Assembly (NCBI GenBank): GCA_020721025.1
Contig: DYNO01000003.1
Span: 1-37,345 of the forward strand
DNA from: Thiomargarita sp.
GTDB taxonomy: Bacteria > Pseudomonadota > Gammaproteobacteria > Beggiatoales > Beggiatoaceae
Length of the DNA stretch: 37,345 nt
Direction of reading: 5' to 3'
The position numbers and the translations under genes are program-made. The notes below the pieces were generated by a model. That model was not told the DNA's origin. It saw only the letters and a program-made list of their open reading frames with translations, and did not search any database. Every line of letters starts with the position of its first letter. The first letter of the stretch is position 1. Below are positions 9,634 through 19,580 of the stretch, in pieces.

Positions 9634-11725
9634 ACAACCCACCATTTTAGTCGTCGATGATGCCCCGCTGATGCGTCGTATCTTGGTCGAAGTGCTCGGT
9701 CGCTTCGGATACCATGTTGAAACCGCAGAAAATGGGCAGCAAGCGATTGATTTTTTCCTGACCAATCGTCCAGATTTGATTTTAATGGATGCTGATATGC
9801 CCATTCTCGACGGGGTGGCTGCGTGTGCCCACATTCGCGGGTTAGCGGGTGCCAAATATTTGCCCATTATTATCGTGACTGCCTTTGTCGGACGGGATTG
9901 GGTAGATCGCGCATTTGCGGCGGGTGCGACCGATTATGTCATGAAACCAGTAAATTGGGACGTTTTGCGTAATCGCATTCAGTATATTCTTCAAGCAAAA
10001 CAATCGGAAGAAGCATTATTTGAAGAAAAGGAAAAAGCACAAATCACTTTAGCGTCGATTGGTGATGGCGTGATTACGACCAACGCACAGGGCGAAATTG
10101 AATACCTTAATCCGGTTGCCAGTAAATTGACCGGGTGGCATATTGACGAAGCCAAAGGTTTATTGTTGAATCAAGTTTTTTGTCTGATTGATGAAAATGA
10201 TAAGCAACCGATTGAATTTCCTATCCAACTGTGTCTGACAGGTAACATCATCAAATTACCGGAGCATACCAATACCATCTTAGTGCACCGGGATAGGCAA
10301 CATTTTTTCGCGATTGAAGATTCTGCCGCGCCGATCAAGGATAAACAAGGAAATATCATCGGAGTGGTGTTAGTGTTCCACGATGTGACTGAAAATCATA
10401 AAATGAATCAACAGCTTGCGTATCAAGCAAAACACGATGCGTTGACTAATTTATTCAATCGTCATGAATTTCATCTGCGTCTTAAAACACTGTTAAACCA
10501 ATGGCACTCACAAAGTTCCTCGCAACATTCTTTGATGTTTTTAGACCTTGATCAGTTTAAAACGGTCAACGATACTTGTGGACACGAAGCCGGCGATGAG
10601 TTATTGAAAGATGTGGCGTTATTGTTAGAAAAAGTTACAAAAAACACCCGAACTTACACTCAAGCCACCCTAGCGCGGTTGGGCGGCGATGAATTTGGCT
10701 TGCTTTTAGAAAATTGTGATTTAGAAAATGCCAAAAAGTTAGCAAATACGCTGTGTGAGGCGATCCAAAATTTAAAATTCTATTGGGAAGATGAGCAACA
10801 AGCCAATGGCAAGCGAGTTTTCAATATTGGTGTGAGTATCGGTTTGGTGCCTGTCAGTGCGCAAACAGTGAATGATAAAAGTTTATTGGCAATGGCGGAT
10901 GCGGCGTGTTATGCTGCAAAAAATGCAGGGCGTAATAATGTGCATGTTTATAAAGATACGGATTTGATTGACGAAATCGAATGGGTCTCATTGTTAAATT
11001 ATAGTTTAGAGAGTTTGGATGGGTTTAAGCTATTTTATCAGCCCATTGTCAAAACCAATCTTTTTGGGACAGAAAATCAGCATGAAGTGTGGTATGAAGT
11101 CTTGCTACGAATGCACACACCCAAGGGTCATATTGTGCCACCGGGAGCGTTTCTTTCCACTGCTACGCGCTATACCCTAACGGCATCGTTGGATAAATGG
11201 GTGATCAATGCGTGCATTGCATGGCTGCAACGTCGTGATCTCAGTCAATTTAAGCTCTTGAATATTAACATTTCTGGACACTCACTCAACGATAAAACAT
11301 TTATTAACCACATTGTTGAACGACTCAGCCACCCGAGTATTCCTGCGAATAAATTGTGCTTTGAAATCACGGAAGCCACTGCCATCACAAATTTTTCCAA
11401 TACAGTCAAATTCATCACTGAATTGAAAAAATTAGGCTGTCAATTTGCATTAGATGATTTCGGTAGTGGGATGTCATCGTTTAGCTATTTGAAAAATTTA
11501 CCGGTTGATTTTATTAAAATTGACGGTGGATTCATCAAGGGCATGGTGAAAGACAAAGTTGATTTCGCCGTGGTGCGGTCGATTAATGACATTGCGCATG
11601 AAATGAATTTATGTACTATTGCGGAATTTGTGGAAACAGAAGAAATTTTTCAATGTTTACAAGAAATTAAAGTTGATTATGTGCAAGGTTACTGGATTGG
11701 TAAACCGCAACCCTTGCCATCATAA
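9617..11725 (+). CDS. response regulator receiver-PAS-GGDEF-EAL protein (c-di-GMP turnover)
   Basis: REC (ILVVDDAPL...LILMDADMP). PAS (ITLASIGDGVITTNAQGEIEYLNP). GGDEF (RLGGDEFGLLL). EAL domain (YQPIV...EVLLR, EITE, DDFGSGMSS, KIDG, QGY). Confidence 0.9.
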   Translation: MLMKTKQPTILVVDDAPLMRRILVEVLGRFGYHVETAENGQQAIDFFLTNRPDLILMDADMPILDGVAACAHIRGLAGAKYLPIIIVTAFVGRDWVDRAFAAGATDYVMKPVNWDVLRNRIQYILQAKQSEEALFEEKEKAQITLASIGDGVITTNAQGEIEYLNPVASKLTGWHIDEAKGLLLNQVFCLIDENDKQPIEFPIQLCLTGNIIKLPEHTNTILVHRDRQHFFAIEDSAAPIKDKQGNIIGVVLVFHDVTENHKMNQQLAYQAKHDALTNLFNRHEFHLRLKTLLNQWHSQSSSQHSLMFLDLDQFKTVNDTCGHEAGDELLKDVALLLEKVTKNTRTYTQATLARLGGDEFGLLLENCDLENAKKLANTLCEAIQNLKFYWEDEQQANGKRVFNIGVSIGLVPVSAQTVNDKSLLAMADAACYAAKNAGRNNVHVYKDTDLIDEIEWVSLLNYSLESLDGFKLFYQPIVKTNLFGTENQHEVWYEVLLRMHTPKGHIVPPGAFLSTATRYTLTASLDKWVINACIAWLQRRDLSQFKLLNINISGHSLNDKTFINHIVERLSHPSIPANKLCFEITEATAITNFSNTVKFITELKKLGCQFALDDFGSGMSSFSYLKNLPVDFIKIDGGFIKGMVKDKVDFAVVRSINDIAHEMNLCTIAEFVETEEIFQCLQEIKVDYVQGYWIGKPQPLPS

Positions 11726-11743
11726 TGAGAGGAAAAAAATACA

Positions 11744-12532
11744 ATGTCAAAGTTTTTATTGAATATTTTACTATTTTTAACGTTAGCCAGTTGTGTCACC
11801 AATCCATTGGGACGCTCGCAACTCTCTCTTTTAGCGGGAGATCAACTGACTCAGATGGGGCTACAAGCCTTCAGCGAAATCAAGCAAGAAACGCCCATTG
11901 AAACCAATCAAGCGATTAATACTTATGTCAATTGCGTGGTAAAATCGTTGTTGCGCGCCTTTCAGCACGATGGAACCCCTTGGGAAGTGGTAGTTTTTCG
12001 CAGTGAGGAGGTGAATGCGTTTGCATTGCCGGGCGGTAAAATTGGAGTTTATACAGGATTATTGCCGGTGGCGAATTCTCAGCATCAATTGGCAGCGGTG
12101 TTAGGTCATGAAATTGCACATGTTTTGTCAAATCATGGCGGTGAGCGCATGTCACAAGATGTGGTGGCGAATGTTGGCATGGCAATCGTGGGAACGGTGC
12201 TAGATACCAATACGCAGAGTGGCAAATTGACCATGGCGGCGTTGGGAGTGGGGGCGCAAGTGGGCATCTTGTTGCCTTATGGGCGTTTGCAAGAAACCGA
12301 GTCAGATCGTTTGGGTTTGGAAATTATGGCACGGGCGGGTTTTGATCCCAGAGAAAGCGTTACATTGTGGCAGAATATGGCGAAAGCCAGTAGTGGCGGT
12401 AAGTTAGAATTCTTGTCAACTCATCCCGCGCACCAAACCCGTATTGACGCATTGCGCGCTCAGATGAATTATGCTCTGAAACTTTCAAGACAATCACAAG
12501 CGGGGGGATGGCAACCCAATTGTCATTTATAA
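11744..12532 (+). CDS. M48-family zinc metallopeptidase lipoprotein
   Basis: Lipobox LTLASC at the N-terminus. HEIAH zinc motif with a downstream ETESD glutamate. Confidence 0.85.
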   Translation: MSKFLLNILLFLTLASCVTNPLGRSQLSLLAGDQLTQMGLQAFSEIKQETPIETNQAINTYVNCVVKSLLRAFQHDGTPWEVVVFRSEEVNAFALPGGKIGVYTGLLPVANSQHQLAAVLGHEIAHVLSNHGGERMSQDVVANVGMAIVGTVLDTNTQSGKLTMAALGVGAQVGILLPYGRLQETESDRLGLEIMARAGFDPRESVTLWQNMAKASSGGKLEFLSTHPAHQTRIDALRAQMNYALKLSRQSQAGGWQPNCHL

Positions 12533-12701
12533 TCAACCAAGTAGTTCACCTTCCCTAACAAAAACAGAACTGCGACTGTTAACTCCCCCCTATTTTACCT
12601 ATTATTTCACTCCCTTTGTAATGCTCCTGGTGAAATTGTATTTTGATCAAATCGGGTCTATTTTCAATCTGAGCCAAGATAGTGGGATAATTATCAACTT
12701 T

Positions 12702-13727
12702 TCAAGTGAATCGACGTTGTTGGCGCGCAAGGCTATGACTGAGAATATGTTGCAATACATCACGTTGACTTATTCCGATCCGTTGTGCAGATTGGCTCAC
12801 CGCGGCATACGATGCCAAATTACAAGCAATATTGACTTCGGTGAAAAAAATGTGTCGTCGATCTTCACTGAGGCGAAAATCTACCCGCAAATAGTCAAAC
12901 GGCGTAATTATCTCCAGCAACCGATTGATATAACTTATAATTACCGCACTCAAATCAGATTCTCGTAGCATCACCCGTTCCCGCCCCTTCGCTTGCAACA
13001 ACTTGTGTTCGCGCACCGCCACACCAAATGCGGTTTCAGAAATTTCTTCCATGCAAGGCAAAATAATCGGTACTTTTCCGCCCAACACTGGCACCGTGAT
13101 GTCTGTTCCTGCAATTGCTTGTTCTAACAGACATGCTTTGCCATCTTGCGTCATTAATTGATGAATTTGTTGTTTCGCCCCCGCCCACGTCGTTTGAAAA
13201 GAATCTTGGCTGATACCTTCCGATGCTGCCCCAAAACGCGGTTTAATGAAATAAGGTGGAGGAAAATCAGGAGGATACAGGGCATCAAGATCAGAATATG
13301 CCTTGCCCAAGGGAGTGGGAATTTGAAGGGATTGTGCTAACATTTTGGTAAGCAGTTTATCTTCCGCAGATGCCCGAATATTGGGAGGCGCGCCGAGATA
13401 AGGTAGATGCAAATATTCGCAAACGCTTGAAATAAATACTTCAAAATTTCGCACGGGACGAGTCGAACGATTATAAACAGTAAAAATGTAATTGTAACGC
13501 GAAGCGGATGTAAGCAAATCTGCCACATCACGACTTGGCGTGACATTGATGCCTAGCGATTGAATTAATTTATAAAGTTCATGATGATACTGTGCAAACA
13601 CCCCCCCAATAGGATGAAATGCCGGACGTTCCTCGCCTACATCAGGTTCTGGCGCGAAACGGGCGAGATAAAGCACATTTAATGTTTCAATTTGTTGTGG
13701 CGAAAGTGTTTCTAACGAAGTGTGCAT
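12702..13727 (-). CDS. ATP-grasp domain protein (D-Ala-D-Ala ligase-like fold), substrate unknown
   Basis: Ddl-like C-terminal pattern (YFIKPRFGAASEGI; LLEQAIAGTDITVPVLGG; LRVDFRLSEDRRHIFFTEVNIACNL). Confidence 0.7.
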   Translation of the reverse strand: MHTSLETLSPQQIETLNVLYLARFAPEPDVGEERPAFHPIGGVFAQYHHELYKLIQSLGINVTPSRDVADLLTSASRYNYIFTVYNRSTRPVRNFEVFISSVCEYLHLPYLGAPPNIRASAEDKLLTKMLAQSLQIPTPLGKAYSDLDALYPPDFPPPYFIKPRFGAASEGISQDSFQTTWAGAKQQIHQLMTQDGKACLLEQAIAGTDITVPVLGGKVPIILPCMEEISETAFGVAVREHKLLQAKGRERVMLRESDLSAVIISYINRLLEIITPFDYLRVDFRLSEDRRHIFFTEVNIACNLASYAAVSQSAQRIGISQRDVLQHILSHSLARQQRRFT

Positions 13728-13776
13728 AAGTTTTTTTGGATGAGATTGATTTAAAAATAAAATGTTAATTACTTTC

Positions 13777-13894
13777 GCAATAGTTCAGACAGTTCCAAAA
13801 TTATATTTGAATATCAATCAGTTATCGAATGAGTAAAATAACGATAACTGATTGATTTTCATAAGTAGTTGTAGAAAACTGTCCGAACCATTGC
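13777..13894. repeat. nested-palindrome MITE/REP-like element, long copy (118 bp)
   Basis: Terminal inverted repeats GCAATAGTTCAGACAGTT (13777-13794) and AACTGTCCGAACCATTGC (13877-13894), with 2 A/G mismatches. Internal perfect 15-bp inverted repeat ATCAATCAGTTATCG (13813-13827) / CGATAACTGATTGAT (13842-13856). A shorter copy lies at 34092-34146. Confidence 0.7.
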
Positions 13895-14046
13895 GAATTT
13901 TACAGAGAGGCTTCATGATGACACTTGATTTCAGATTGAAATTTTTGTCACAGCAATCGACCTGTCGTCGGGAATTCTCGCCTGATTTTCGCTTTCCATG
14001 TTATCATGTATGATTATTCAAAAGTCAGTGCGAACCGATCACTCAA

Positions 14047-16041
14047 ATGACCCACGCTATTTTTTTTCGTTTCATTGCACTATTGTTGATTTTATTGACA
14101 CCGCTCGCTTCGGCACAGATGGTTACCATGAATTTCAAAGACATGGACATCAAAATTCTGGCAGATACCGTTGCAGAAGTGACGGGCAAGACCTTTGTGA
14201 TCGATCCGCGAGTCAAGGGCGAAATCACGATTATTTCTGCGACACCGATGGAAAGTAAACAGATTTATGAAGTATTTTTATCGGTGCTCAGCGTCCATGG
14301 TTTTGCTGCCGTTCCCAGTGGTAATGTGGTTAAAATCCTTCCCGACAGCTTGGTGAAAGCAGAAAATACTCCCGTATTAGCCGATGGTGAACAACGTCGT
14401 AGTGCAGAAATTGTCACACAAGTGATTAAAATTCATCAAGTTTCCGCAGCGCAACTTATCCCCTTACTGCGTCCCCTCGTACCTCAACAAGGGCATTTGG
14501 TCGCCTATCCTGATAACAATACACTCATTATTTCTGATACCGCTGACAATGTGGCGCGCATGGAAAAAATCATCCAACGCATTGACAAAGTGAGCGAAGA
14601 ACAAATCGAAGTCATTGTTTTAGAACATGCCACCGCTGCGGAAGTGGCGCGCATTCTCAACACATTGGAACAAAAAACCAGTAATGCTGCAACTGGTACA
14701 GGGAATAATCCGGCAACAACACATTCTAGCATTGTGGCAGATGAACGGACGAACAGTATATTAATCAGTGGCGATAAAACCACGCGGCTGAAATTACGCA
14801 CTATTATCAGTAATTTAGATACCCCACTCAAAGCCACTGGCGACACTCAAGTGATTTATTTGCGTTATGCCCGTGCCAAAAATCTTGCCGATGTGTTGAA
14901 AGGAATCAGCGATACTATTGCAAAACAAGGTGTTGCCGGACAACCGCCACTTGCCGCGCCACCGACAACCACGCAAGATTCAGTAAAAACCACCATTCAA
15001 GCCGATGAAAGTACCAACAGTTTAATTATCACAGCAGAACCCAATGCATTGAAAAATCTACAATCGGTCATCAGTCGTTTAGATGTGCGGCGGGCGCAAG
15101 TGTTGGTGGAAGCGGTGATTGCTGAAATTTCTGTGGATACAGCAAAAAAGCTAGGTGTGCAATGGGCATTGTTCAGCGAAAATGGCGTGAGTCCGGTTGG
15201 CGTGAGCAATTTTCCAAATTCAGGCATAGGGATTGTCGATGTTGCCAGCACCGCCTATCAATTGCGTAACAATGGCAGTGCGACCTTACCCAGCGAGGGT
15301 TTGAACGGGGCAACGCTCGGATTGGGACGGTTTGGGCAGGCAGGCTTAAATTTTGGCGTGTTATTGCAAGCACTGTCGGCAGATACCAATTCTAATGTAC
15401 TTTCTACACCTTCATTATTAACTTTGGATAATCAAGAAGCTGAAATTCACGTCGGTCAAAATGTTCCCTTCGTCACGGGGCAATATACCAATACCGGTTC
15501 TGCGAATACTTCGACCAGTCCATTTCAAACCATTCAACGGGAAGATGTCGGGATTAAGCTCAAAGTTACCCCACAAATTAACGAAGGTAACGCAATTCAA
15601 CTGCAAATTGAACAAGAAGTATCCAGTTTAACGCGCAGCACCGTTGCCACTGCCGACGTGGTCACCAACAAGCGTACCATTAAAACTTCCGTCATGGTAG
15701 AAGATGGCAAAATGGTCGTATTGGGGGGCTTGATTTCTGATGATTTACAACAAGTCACGCAAAAAGTGCCGGTGCTGGGTGATATTCCCGTGTTAGGCAT
15801 GTTATTTCGTTCCGAAAGCGTGCAAAAAGTAAAACGTAACTTGATGATTTTCTTGCACCCGGTGATTGTACGGGATGATGCCAGCAGTACCCAAATGAGC
15901 CAAAGCAAATACGGCTATATGCGTGCGAAACAATTGGAACAACAAACTTCGACTTCGCCCCTATTATCGCCCAAAGATGTCCCTGTGTTACCCAATTTGA
16001 ATGATTTTTTGATCAGTTTGCCGGAGCGAAAACAGCGTTAA
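14047..16041 (+). CDS. gspD: type II secretion system secretin GspD
   Basis: Signal peptide (LLILLTPLASAQ). N0-N3-like region (VIDPRVKGEITI...). Secretin core (NVLSTPSLLTLDNQEAEIHVGQNVPF...KVPVLGDIPVLGMLFRS). Confidence 0.9.
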   Translation: MTHAIFFRFIALLLILLTPLASAQMVTMNFKDMDIKILADTVAEVTGKTFVIDPRVKGEITIISATPMESKQIYEVFLSVLSVHGFAAVPSGNVVKILPDSLVKAENTPVLADGEQRRSAEIVTQVIKIHQVSAAQLIPLLRPLVPQQGHLVAYPDNNTLIISDTADNVARMEKIIQRIDKVSEEQIEVIVLEHATAAEVARILNTLEQKTSNAATGTGNNPATTHSSIVADERTNSILISGDKTTRLKLRTIISNLDTPLKATGDTQVIYLRYARAKNLADVLKGISDTIAKQGVAGQPPLAAPPTTTQDSVKTTIQADESTNSLIITAEPNALKNLQSVISRLDVRRAQVLVEAVIAEISVDTAKKLGVQWALFSENGVSPVGVSNFPNSGIGIVDVASTAYQLRNNGSATLPSEGLNGATLGLGRFGQAGLNFGVLLQALSADTNSNVLSTPSLLTLDNQEAEIHVGQNVPFVTGQYTNTGSANTSTSPFQTIQREDVGIKLKVTPQINEGNAIQLQIEQEVSSLTRSTVATADVVTNKRTIKTSVMVEDGKMVVLGGLISDDLQQVTQKVPVLGDIPVLGMLFRSESVQKVKRNLMIFLHPVIVRDDASSTQMSQSKYGYMRAKQLEQQTSTSPLLSPKDVPVLPNLNDFLISLPERKQR

Positions 16042-16278
16042 AATCCGTAAGTTAGCGATAAGGTGGCAGTTTAAACGCATCAATCTGACAGCAGCACAAA
16101 AAACGACAAAATAAGCTCAGTTTACATTGTAACAAATTGATTCTCAATAGAATTTTAAAATTGATACGCGCTTACTCTGTTATTCAACTTCGGTCGAGTG
16201 GCAAGACAACTGAATTCTGTTACAATAACCGGATTATCTTGTGACCCGCTGGGAGTTATCCCGCAAAAAGGAATTGAC

Positions 16279-17040
16279 ATGAATTGGTATGGCATGTACA
16301 CCTTGTTCAGCAAAGAAGTGTGGCGATTTATCAAGGTCATATCGCAAACGATCATCACGCCGCTGATCACTGTTTTATTATATCTATTGGTTTTTTCATC
16401 CGTTTTACAAGATCACGTCGAAATTTACGAAAATGTCAGTTACACCGCATTTCTCATCCCCGGCTTGATTATGATGAGCATTATTCAAAATGCCTTTGCC
16501 AACAGCTCATCCAGTTTATTTCAATCCAAGATGACCGGCAACATTATTTTCATGCTGATCGCGCCGATTTCCAGCGTCGAATTTTACATTGCATTCGTTG
16601 CGGCTTCGGTGGTGCGTGGCATTTGTGTTGGCGTAGGCGTATGGATCACGGCACTCTGGTTTGATATTTCTCCAATACACAACTTATTGATACTTATAAT
16701 TTTTACGGTACTCAGTAGCGCAGTTTTGGGCGGTTTAGGCGTGATCGCAGCACTTTGGGCGGATAAATGGGATCATATCGCCGGCTTTCAAAACTTCGTC
16801 ATCTTACCGTTCTCATTCCTAAGTGGCGCATTTTACTCAATTACCGCACTTCCGGAGTTTTGGCAAACGGTATCCTACTATAACCCATTTTTTTACATGG
16901 TGGATGGCTTTCGCTACGGATTTTTAGGAGTGTCCGACGTTCCCGTGAGCGCGAGTTTAGCCGTCATCCTCATTTCCCTGTTTCTCGTCAGCGCATGGTG
17001 CATTTGGCTACTTGAAATCGGTTATAACGTCCGCAGATAG
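16279..17040 (+). CDS. ABC-2 type transporter permease (YadH-like); no adjacent ATPase gene
   Basis: YadH-like N-terminus (MNWYGMYTLFSKEVWRFIKVISQT) with about 6 predicted TM segments. Start chosen at the ATG at 16279, which is preceded by AAAGGAA. The ORF-track start 16198 is probably an upstream extension. Confidence 0.8.
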   Translation: MNWYGMYTLFSKEVWRFIKVISQTIITPLITVLLYLLVFSSVLQDHVEIYENVSYTAFLIPGLIMMSIIQNAFANSSSSLFQSKMTGNIIFMLIAPISSVEFYIAFVAASVVRGICVGVGVWITALWFDISPIHNLLILIIFTVLSSAVLGGLGVIAALWADKWDHIAGFQNFVILPFSFLSGAFYSITALPEFWQTVSYYNPFFYMVDGFRYGFLGVSDVPVSASLAVILISLFLVSAWCIWLLEIGYNVRR

Positions 17041-17059
17041 GTAAATCATTTATTCCCTC

Positions 17060-19489
17060 ATGTCAATTCGTAAACGTTTGTTTGACCTCATTATTGCAAT
17101 TCCTCTGTTATTGCTATTGTTGCCCGTGTTCGCGGTGATAGCCCTATGTATCACCTTAGAAAGTCGCGGCGGCATCTTCATGCAACAACGTCGGATTGGG
17201 CAATTTGGCAAACCGTTTCAAATGGTTAGATTTCGCACGCTCTACGCGCCTTACACCGAAGAATCCCCTACCAGTATCGGCTATGATGCCCATGTCACCC
17301 GCTGCGGTTATTGGTTGCGACAATTGCATCTCGATGATCTGCCACAACTGTTTAATGTGATTCGGGGCGAAATGAGCTTGGTCGGTCCCCGTCCAGAACT
17401 GCCTGAATATGTTGCACTTTATCCGGATAATATCAAACAAACCATTTTATCAGTGCCCGTAGGAATGACGGATTATGCCGAAGGAGAATTACAACAAGAA
17501 AATGATTTACTGGCAGCCTCCCTACGTCCCGAAGCAGATTACATTGAGAAAATTTTACCGCTCAAATTAGCTTATCATCAACAGTATGTCCATGAACAAT
17601 CGCTATTTTTAGACCTTCAATTGCTATTTAACGCGTTAAAACGCCTGCTACTGACTCCATGTGGTACTTTGCTCTCTTTACAACGTTTCCCAATTTTTCT
17701 GCACGACTTGATCATGGTCGCATTGAGTTGGACGGGTGCGATCTTAATCCGCTATAATTTCACGCTAACTTCTGATATTTACTTGATTATATTAGAAACT
17801 TTGCCACTGATTCTCGCAATCCAATGTGCAATTCTCTGGTATAACGGCGTGCATCAAGGAATTTGGCGATTTGTCAGTTTGCCCGACGTTGCCAACATTT
17901 TGCGTTCGGTATTGCTGGGAGTGCTTGGAATTATTATGATTTTGGTGATTTATAATCGTTTAGAAGGCGTACCACGTTCATCACTGCTATTTTATCCATT
18001 TTTGCTCATTTTGCTGTTGGGAATGCCACGCTTAATTTACAGAATATTGCATGAACACACCCTGACCTTGACCGCAAAACCAAGACAACGGGTGCTGGTT
18101 CTCGGCGCGGGGACGGCGGGTGACATGCTGATACGAGATATGTTGCGCAATCCGAAAAGCAATTACATTCCCGTTGGATTTCTCGACGACCAACAACGCT
18201 TGCAAGGTGGCAAATTACAAGGGGTTGCGGTGCTGGGTGGGCTGGATCGCTTGCAAGAGATGGTTAAATTGCTGCAAGTGGATTTAGTGATGATTGCGAT
18301 GCCGTCTGCGTCCGATGAACAGATGAGTCGTGCGGTTGCTCTGTGCGAACACTGCGGCGTAGCTTTTCGTACTTTGCCGAAGTTACATGACATTGTAAAT
18401 CAACAAGTTACCTTGAGAGAAGTGCGCGAAGTTTCCATTGAAGACCTGTTAGGGCGGGCAAAGGTCGAATTAGACTGGAAAGCGATTGAATCCGGCGTGA
18501 CGGGAAAGGTGGTGTTGGTCAGCGGCGGCGGTGGCTCGATTGGCTCAGAATTATGCCGGCAAATCGTGCGATTGAAACCGGCTAAATTGGTGATTGTGGA
18601 ACGCAGCGAATTTAATTTATATCAGGTTGAAATGCAGCTTAAACAAGAAGTTGGTGAGCTTGAACTGCACTGTTGTTTGGGCGATGTTGGCGATAAAGTG
18701 GCGATGCAACATATTTTGGGAATCCACCGTCCAAAAATCATTTTTCATGCTGCTGCGTATAAACACGTTCCGATGTTGCAATTTCAAGTGCGAGAAGCGG
18801 TGCGTAATAATATCTTGGGCACAAAGACACTTGCGGAAACTGCGATGCAGCAAGGATGCGATACATTTGTATTAATTTCAACCGATAAAGCAGTCAATCC
18901 GACCAATATTATGGGAGCGAGCAAGCGTGCTGCCGAAATTTTGTGTCAAACGATGAATTCCCGCGGGATGACTAAATTTATTACGGTGCGTTTTGGCAAT
19001 GTATTGGGGTCGGCGGGCAGTGTGGTTCCTCTGTTTAAACAACAAATTGCACAAGGCGGACCGGTGACCGTGACGCATCCGGAGGTCAGCCGCTATTTTA
19101 TGACGATTCCCGAAGCAACGCAGTTAATTTTGCAAGCGGGCGCGATGGGGCAGGGTGGCGAAATTTTTGTTTTGGATATGGGAAAACCGATAAAAATCAG
19201 ATTATTAGCAGAACAAATGATCCGTTTATCGGGCAAAGTGCCAGAACGGCAGATCAAAATCGTTTATACTGGATTACGCCCCGGCGAAAAGTTACATGAA
19301 GAATTGTTTTATTCCGCAGAAAAGTTTGGTAAAACCATGCACTCTAAAATTTTTCTCGCCGCGCATCACGCTCAACATTGGGAAAATTTAGGCGAAATTA
19401 TTGAACAGTTGTCGCAAGCCTGTGATCGATATGCAGAAGATGAAATTAGTCGTGGTTTATTGCAATTAGTTCCAGAATTAACATATTGA
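17060..19489 (+). CDS. fusion protein: monotopic phosphoglycosyl transferase (PglC/WbaP C-terminal type) + polytopic NDP-sugar 4,6-dehydratase (PglF/WbpM/CapD type)
   Basis: Residues about 1-200: RLFDLIIAIPLLLL..., KPFQMVRFRT, LDDLPQLFNVIRGEMSLVGPRPE (bacterial sugar transferase). Then about 4 TM helices, a pseudo-Rossmann VLVLGAGTAGDML, the NAD site VLVSGGGGSIGSEL, and the catalytic region ISTDKAVNPTNIMGASKRAAE. Confidence 0.85.
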   Translation: MSIRKRLFDLIIAIPLLLLLLPVFAVIALCITLESRGGIFMQQRRIGQFGKPFQMVRFRTLYAPYTEESPTSIGYDAHVTRCGYWLRQLHLDDLPQLFNVIRGEMSLVGPRPELPEYVALYPDNIKQTILSVPVGMTDYAEGELQQENDLLAASLRPEADYIEKILPLKLAYHQQYVHEQSLFLDLQLLFNALKRLLLTPCGTLLSLQRFPIFLHDLIMVALSWTGAILIRYNFTLTSDIYLIILETLPLILAIQCAILWYNGVHQGIWRFVSLPDVANILRSVLLGVLGIIMILVIYNRLEGVPRSSLLFYPFLLILLLGMPRLIYRILHEHTLTLTAKPRQRVLVLGAGTAGDMLIRDMLRNPKSNYIPVGFLDDQQRLQGGKLQGVAVLGGLDRLQEMVKLLQVDLVMIAMPSASDEQMSRAVALCEHCGVAFRTLPKLHDIVNQQVTLREVREVSIEDLLGRAKVELDWKAIESGVTGKVVLVSGGGGSIGSELCRQIVRLKPAKLVIVERSEFNLYQVEMQLKQEVGELELHCCLGDVGDKVAMQHILGIHRPKIIFHAAAYKHVPMLQFQVREAVRNNILGTKTLAETAMQQGCDTFVLISTDKAVNPTNIMGASKRAAEILCQTMNSRGMTKFITVRFGNVLGSAGSVVPLFKQQIAQGGPVTVTHPEVSRYFMTIPEATQLILQAGAMGQGGEIFVLDMGKPIKIRLLAEQMIRLSGKVPERQIKIVYTGLRPGEKLHEELFYSAEKFGKTMHSKIFLAAHHAQHWENLGEIIEQLSQACDRYAEDEISRGLLQLVPELTY

Positions 19490-19580
19490 TAATTAGACTG
19501 TTTAGCGGTCAGTGCTCCGTCCTGTTACCATAACAGTTGACAACAGATAACTTAGGTTGCTACCCATTTACAGGATTTTT

